Source of the DNA: Octopus vulgaris
Taxonomy: Eukaryota
Direction: 5' to 3'
Length of the DNA: 64,000 bases
Assembly: GCA_951406725.2 (NCBI GenBank)
Contig: OX597823.1
Coordinates: forward strand, 110,236,001 to 110,300,000
This document shows, piece after piece, positions 57,268 through 64,000 of the stretch. The position numbers were made by a program, and so were the translations under genes. How positions within the stretch are numbered: position 1 is the stretch's first letter; every line of letters begins with the position of its first letter. Below the pieces are notes generated by a model. That model searched no databases. It saw only the letters and a program-made list of their open reading frames with translations, and was not told the DNA's origin.

Positions 57268-57981
57268 ATGATATCATAACTCGGTATATTGAATTATTTG
57301 AAGGAGTCATTTCGTATTTTTGTTATTCTTTTTTAGTAAAACATCAAGAAACCTGTGATTTGATCGAGTATCAAATTTACATCTACCTCTATCACTTGCC
57401 TCCACCCACCACCTCTCACATTTTTTACTCTTCCGCTACCTTCAACTTTCGCACACTAGTCTCTTGCCATTTATCTCCCTTTCTCTTTCTCCCACTCTCT
57501 CTTTTACACACACTCTCTCATTCTTTCTCTTTATCAGCAGAATATAAAGTAATAATTAACCGGCAAATGGTTCCAAGGAAATGCACATCTAAGGGACACC
57601 AAAGCAATTATGTATCTCAACTGCTGTAGGTCCATTATTCCCAATTGGTAAAACACAGATTAAGAGAAAGGAATTAATATCGATATTTTGCGGGTTCTTC
57701 TGTTGCAATATTTCAGTTTAAAACTATTATTATATAGCGTTTAAAAATAAATGATTATTTTCGAGCGAGGAACAAAAAAAAATTAAGGAAATGGGTAACT
57801 GAAAGGGAAAGAATGGTGGAAGTATTTTGTTGAGATATTACCACTAACTACTGTATGAATATATTTGTGCATATCCATGAGGGTTTATATACATATATAC
57901 ATGCATATATATATATATATACATATATACACAAATACATATATATATATACATACATGCATACATATATATACATATATG

Positions 57982-58056
<75 letters not shown>

Positions 58057-59158
58057 GTATATACACATATATATATATATATACATATATATCCTCAGCT
58101 TTATTGATGTATATGTGTATTAAGATAAATGAATAGATGTATTATATGTATTTATGAATGAACGGATTTTTATAAGTAATAAATATCATCAAAGTTAAAC
58201 GTTAAAAATATTCAGAGACATTAATTTTGAAATAATAATAATAGTAATAACAAAAATGAACATGTCATAAAAATGAATAAAAAAAAATTTAGTTTGATAG
58301 AAATTATCTAAAACTCAAATTCGAATTGACATTGACGAAAATAAAATGGTAATATATGTGAGACAGGAAGAAAGAAACGGTCCATAAAATAAATTAATAA
58401 TACTAATAACAACACAGAGCATTAATGATAATACTAATAATATTAAATATAATAATAATTTTAATACTAATATTGATAATAGCAATAATAATAAATACAA
58501 AATAATAATTGTTGTTGTTATTAAATTTTTGATATGACAATGATAAAACTTGAGTAAGATTAATTATAATAATGATAATTATGTTCTATGTTAAAACTAG
58601 TTTACTAGATTCCTATATTTAATATTGCCAAGTACAAAGTCTTTAAATATATTGAAAACTATTTCGTCAAAGAACTTCAAAGGTTATTTTTTTATTTATT
58701 TCTATTGTAATGTTTTTGCTTTCTGTCGGTGTTTTATCGTATTTTTTAAAGTTTAATTTATTTTCGCATTTTCTCTTGAATTCCTAGTGGAATTGAACGA
58801 TACCAATAATGTTACTTGTTGGTTTCAGTATTGAAAAACGTACATAAAAACAAAGAAAGCATTAAGGCAGAGGAATAAAAGGAAAAATATTTAAAAAGTA
58901 ATATATCGAGAAAAAAAAATGAAGTTTCTTAAACCGAGGTTTTAATGTAAGAGAAAAGGAAAAAGGGGGAAGTGATGAAGAGTAAGGAGACATAGAGTAA
59001 CTGAGGCATGGAGAGCAGGGGAAGAGAAAGAAAGAAATTAAATGGAACTGAAAAACCATAATATAAATAGGAAGTGAGAAAGCGAAAAATAGAGAGAGAG
59101 AGAGAAGCGGAGGTGGAAGACGAAGAGAGAGACAAGCGAAGCAGGTGACAAAGAGAGG

Positions 59159-59159
<1 letters not shown>

Positions 59160-59190
<31 letters not shown>

Positions 59191-59640
59191 CGGAGCGAGA
59201 GAAAGAAGTTGAGAGAGAGAGAGAGAGGGAGAAACGGAGCGAGAGAAAGAAGTTGAGAGAGAGAGAGAGAGGGAGAAACGGATCGAGAGAAAGAAGTTGA
59301 GAGAGAGAGAGAGAGGGAGAAACGGAGCGAGAGAAAGAAGTTGAGAGAGAGAGAGAGAGAGAGAAACGGATCGAGAGAAAGAAGTTGAGAGAGAGAGAGA
59401 GAGAGTGAGAAACGGAGCGAGAGAAAGAAGTTGAGAGAGAGAGAGAGAGAGGGAGAAACGAAGCGAGAGAAAGAAGTTGAGAGAGAGAGAGAGAGGGAGA
59501 AACGAAGCGAGAGAAAGAAGTTGAGAGAGAGAGAGAGAGGGAGAAACGGAGCGAGAGAAAGAAGTTGAGAGAGAGAGAGAGAGGGGGAGAAACGGAGCGA
59601 GAGAAAGAAGGGGAGAAACGGAGCGAGAGAAAGAAGCTGA
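59160..59640. repeat. Purine-rich minisatellite, ~44-bp unit (GA)n-GGGAGAAACGGAGCGAGAGAAAGAAGTT, ~11 copies
   Basis: Seen directly; it explains the three long Ser/Leu/Phe-rich ORFs at 58862-59928. Confidence 0.92.
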
Positions 59641-59659
59641 GATAGAGAGAGAGAGAGAG

Positions 59660-59697
<38 letters not shown>

Positions 59698-60069
59698 CGA
59701 CCCAGAGAGAGCAATGTAAAATAAAAACGGTGGACTCAAAGATGCAAGGAGACAAAGAGGAAAAGAAGATTGTGAGAGAGATAAAATGAGAAAGATAGAG
59801 AGAGAGAGAGAGAGAGGCTGTATGTGCATGCGTGTATATATGTGTGAGCGTTTATATGTGTGTATGATTGTAAGTTTATGAATGAAACAGAAAGATTGAG
59901 AAAAGTGACATTTCCATATAAGTGACACTAAATTAAATGAATGCTAAAATAATAACATGACGTTAGTATACACGAGTATATATTTCTATGGGTTTAGCAT
60001 ATTTACGTATGTATATATGTGTGTGTATGTGTGCGCGCGTGTATGTGCTTGTGTGTGTATGTGTGTATG

Positions 60070-60754
60070 TATATAATGAAAAACCATAAATTTCAAACAG
60101 TAAGAACAATGAAACTCCCTTGAGCTGTTATTTATGCTTTTCTCTAATTGGTTTGCCAATATTCTGACACTGGGACACATCATTTAAAATGGAAATGACC
60201 AGAATGGCTTTTAAAATATCTGATCATATTCTTAAAGAATTAAGTTCTCTTCAGCTTCTCGCTTGTTTTACTTGATTATTTCTTTTTACTTTTAATATAT
60301 TTCATTATTATATTTTCTTGCTTTTGTTTCCATAGATGTTTAGAAATGTCTATGAAGTTATTTATTCATATTTTTCTCTTTTTTTTCTTTGCTTCATAAC
60401 GAGTTTTTAGTAATTGTAAAACCACAACGAAATAGTAAGAATACAGATATATAATGTCTGAATTAATGGTGAAATAAAATGTCTTAATGGTATTAAATGT
60501 TGATGATAATTTGCTGTCAACTGATACAAAATGTTTAAATGTATTTCAGCACTATCTCTATACACAGAAATACAGGACACGTGACAACGAGGGCGGTTGT
60601 ATGTAGACACTTGATCATCTTGAAATAACTAAGGAATCTCCTCAACACACACTCTGCCGTGTTAGTTAATAAGAGAAATGGACAGGGATAATACAGCCAT
60701 ATATATATATATATATATATATATGTGCATGTGTGTGTGTCAATATCTATATAT

Positions 60755-60818
<64 letters not shown>

Positions 60819-60986
60819 CTATCTATCTATGTATCTACAAATATTCTGTAATTATAGACATAATTATAATCAGGGGCCAGCTAATTGCTTCACCAGGCAC
60901 CGAATTTAGAAATAGGAGTTAAAATGCCTTTTATGCTACCATATCTATGTATTTATATATCTATGTATGCGTGTATGTATGCATGC

Positions 60987-61021
<35 letters not shown>

Positions 61022-62355
61022 TGTGTGTGTGTGCTTCTGTATCTGTGTGTGTGTGTGTATCTCTGTGTGTGTATGTGTGTATGCGTGTATGTATGTATAC
61101 ACAGACATAACGGAAGTAAATAGACACCCTTATCATCATTAAAATTTATTTAAATCTGAAATTATACATTCAAACTATTTATCAATTATTATAATCTGAA
61201 TATATTTAGTTGGTATGTCCTTTGCATTTTTCAATGCAAGTATCTCATAAGGCACGCTACTGAGCTACGAATATTCGCTTGAGGAATTTCTTGCCAAGTT
61301 TCATGCCGTAATCTCAAATGATCCGGATTAGAGAATGCTTTCTTGTTCTTTCTACGACGTGTTTTGTCCATTATGTCCCAGAGGTTTTCAATAGGATTTA
61401 TATCTGGTGATTGGCTTGGCCATGAAAGCTTTTTAATTCCATTCACAACAAACAAATCTTGGGTATTTTTAACTTTAATCATTTCACCTTTGGAGAAGAT
61501 TGGATGGAGTCCTTTCTGCAATATGGATACATATTTATCTGAGTTTATGTTTCCATCACACACTACCAGCTCTGATTTACAGTTGCTCAAAATTGCTCCT
61601 CAGACCATCAGAGAAAAGCTGCCTGGTTTCATTGCTGGCAGCAATCTTTTCATTTTAATTTCTTGATCACAGAGTTTCCAAACCCATACTCGACCAATGT
61701 GAGAAAATATAGCAAATCTGGACTCGTCAGAGAATATGAAAGTGTCCCAAAATGCTATTAGCCACTCCATCATTTCACTGGCCCAATCTTTACTCCACTT
61801 TATATTGACTAGTTTGAAGAGGTGACTTCCTTCTTGCTGCCCTGTCATAGTAGCCAAGTTTGAGGAGATACATGACAGCTGTCCTTGGGCTGACATCAAT
61901 TTGTTTTGCTATGCCAGAGGCCTTGCCATGAGGATTATCCCCCACTTCGCTTCACGAAGCAAATGGTCCTGTCCGAGGGCCCCGTTCGACCTGGGCAAGG
62001 TGATGTGAACTCCTCTTTTCCCTCTCTTGTGAATTGCACAATCACCGTATTAACTGTAGAAAGCGGGATCTCAATGTTTTCTGCGATTTTATGCTAAGTC
62101 CATCTTCAGATTGACCCAAAATACAGCCTCTTTTAAACTTGGACAAATCCAAGGTTTCTTCTGTAAGTGGGATGATTAAAGAGTCACATATACAACTTGA
62201 AACATAAAAAGGTACATTAATAAAAAATATAAACTTCTTCAAGTTAAAATAAAGATAAAGAAATATTTTATGGGCTGTCTATTTACTTCTGTCATGTCTG
62301 TATGTGTGACTATATATACTTGTATACATGTATATTTATGTAAGTATGTATGCAA

Positions 62356-62398
<43 letters not shown>

Positions 62399-63400
62399 GA
62401 TGTATGTATATATATGTTTATATATATATATATGTATGTATATATATAAATGTATATACATGCATATATATATATACATATATAGATGGCGTAGGGCTTT
62501 TCTCATGCATCTCAATTAGGGGGACAGATAGCTAATAACTAAAAACAACGGTTGCACCATGATAATGGATTTAAGGGAACCCATGTCCTGTAAGAAATAG
62601 CAGCGAAATATCTTTGATTAAAGTGAGGACGAAATCCAACCACTACCACTTCCATTTGCCTGGGGGTTGGGGGTCGATGGCAAGCTGACCCACGAAATTT
62701 TGTAACGCGTGTATTCTTGAATATGATCGCGATAATGGCTGTGTAGGAGAAAAAGCAAATAAGAAAAGGCATCAAGAAAAACAAGTTCTTTGAAAGGAGC
62801 GTTGGTTTTCTTTTTGATATATCGGCCATTCCTTATACTCCTGTTCACGTAGGCGAGACTTCAATAGTTACAAAATGGCAAACCTTATCTAACTGAGGAT
62901 GTAGTTCTTCTGTTTATTCTTTCTATGCTAATGTTAGACAAATAGATTTCTTACGGCGAGGATTTGGATCTGAAGAACTCAAATGACTTAGAAACATGTA
63001 ACTCCGTATTGAAAATGGTAAGAAACATTCAAAGAAAAGTTTGGCTGCTGTTAAATTATGCAGATTAAGAAACTTATTGTGATATCAGTCAGTCTACCTT
63101 CACTGGTAAGCTACACTGTCTAACTGAGGATGTAAGCAATGATTGACTGATTGGGAGTTCGACAATCAATTCAAATATGCCTTAGTGGGAATAAATGCAG
63201 AAATAAAAGAATGAAAATTTAACAGAAAGAAATATATTTGGTGGTGTTACTGTATGTAAGGAACCAGAGCTAATGATGTGTATTTCATATGTAGTTGAAA
63301 AGGCCCACTAATTCGAAAATTCTTAATCCTGTCTTCCATATCAGTGGTGTTTGGAGAACAGAAACCAGATTATAAATTGACCTCTTATCTCAGGGGAAAT
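60070..63400 (-). pseudogene. TLR-like pseudogene 11, interrupted by a Tc1 element
   Basis: GIFELIVE..LLTSSVRQCSL (63110-63180). FLNLHNLTA / SLNVSYHFQ (63010-63070). MADISKRKPTLLSKNLFFLMPFL (62760-62830). LRRCT/TM YNRPRCHVSCISV..PLIQTLYICILTISLWFY (60410-60605). TIR MIRYFKSHSG and CPSVRILANQLEKSINNSSR (60115-60230). A possible TIR tail lies near 58700-58820. Confidence 0.62.
61190..62300 (-). mobile_element. Decayed Tc1 transposon
   Basis: DLSKFKRGCILG (N-terminus), FIFSDESRF (first catalytic D) and WPSQSPDINPIENLW (catalytic E motif). Frameshifted; termini approximate. Confidence 0.9.
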
Positions 63401-63677
63401 AGACATCTTGCCTGGTAATGCTATGGATTTAATTTTTAGTAGCTGTTGATGTAGTTGTCTTTTAGCTCAGAATGGCCCTGATTCAACAGATCTACTATCG
63501 AATGCATTCTAGCCCTAGCTATGAACATCTAGTCTTTTTGTTTCATACATAGTAGATCTGAGACTAATTAATGAAATATTCCTACCTTTTCATGATACGT
63601 CTGTTATTATCAGGACGTCTTGCGACAACTTAGAGCTGTTGATTTGGAGACAGTATTATTTTTATTATTATTATTAT

Positions 63678-63731
<54 letters not shown>

Positions 63732-63742
63732 CAGTGGTAGTG

Positions 63743-63797
<55 letters not shown>

Positions 63798-63798
63798 C

Positions 63799-63863
<65 letters not shown>
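63678..63863. repeat. (GTA)n microsatellite
   Basis: Seen directly; source of the poly-V/poly-Y ORFs. Confidence 0.95.
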
Positions 63864-63864
<1 letters not shown>

Positions 63865-64000
63865 TGCTTTTGATGGTTGTTTTGTCGATAGTGATGGTGT
63901 TTGTGCTGGGAGTGGTGATGGTTATAGTACGCTTGTTTGATTTGATGTTTAGTCCCTGGACAGCTGCGATCCAGTAGAACTGCCAGTCGTTCAAATTGTG

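Larger units (their letters stand above)
50830..57640 (-). pseudogene. TLR-like pseudogene 10, interrupted by a PLE, SINEs and microsatellites
   Basis: Possible start MDLQQLRYIIALVSL (~57635). FLDV/RITKIRNDSFK (57300-57355) and YNNIPDGVTFDY. ORF 56191-56610 SLTEVNMRVGAKKIPGFEEKKMRKICQLCL. IDSVS*NRISFMD (~53960). NPGLTIWKTEQNRLQNV..FSFQIVSTLIL (53420-53530). GIIMEN*W (~51725). TIR RAIRAQKTAF / MSNSH*SK*RI..RIEARKTSR (51270-51400). The lower boundary is uncertain. Confidence 0.63.

Noticed and set aside
59160-59640. CRISPR-like repeat-spacer appearance
   Set aside because: The 'spacers' are just variable (GA)n, there are no cas genes, and the context is eukaryotic.
58862-59928. Three longest ORFs (261-297 aa, Ser/Leu/Phe-rich)
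   Set aside because: All three minus frames are open only because the (CT)n minisatellite lacks stop codons.
61231-61899. Active Tc1 transposase (likewise mariner 50131-50720 and the RTE RT)
   Set aside because: Frameshifts, stops and internal deletions remove catalytic residues.

Overview
This is AT-rich eukaryotic genomic DNA saturated with microsatellites. Its tRNA-derived SINE families match those I recognise from octopus (coleoid cephalopod) genomes; the organism is inferred, not proven. No intact protein-coding gene is supported, and most ORFs in the supplied track are microsatellite artefacts. The main result comes from translating the 'unique' DNA between the repeats by hand on the minus strand, through stops and frameshifts. 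It reads as a head-to-tail tandem array of about 11 heavily decayed, apparently single-exon Toll-like receptor (LRR-LRRCT-TM-TIR) pseudogenes spanning ~2.1-63.4 kb, with about 10 TIR remnants. At several junctions the TIR of one copy ends within ~100 bp of the N-terminal region of the next. The array has been inflated by insertions: three SINE families (one with swapped 3' tails), RTE LINEs, Penelope-like elements (one 5'-inverted), hammerhead-ribozyme-like motifs, non-autonomous Helitrons, mariner, Tc1 and Tigger relics, fold-back elements and microsatellites. Pseudogene boundaries are approximate (+/-100-200 bp) and need tBLASTn/HMM confirmation.
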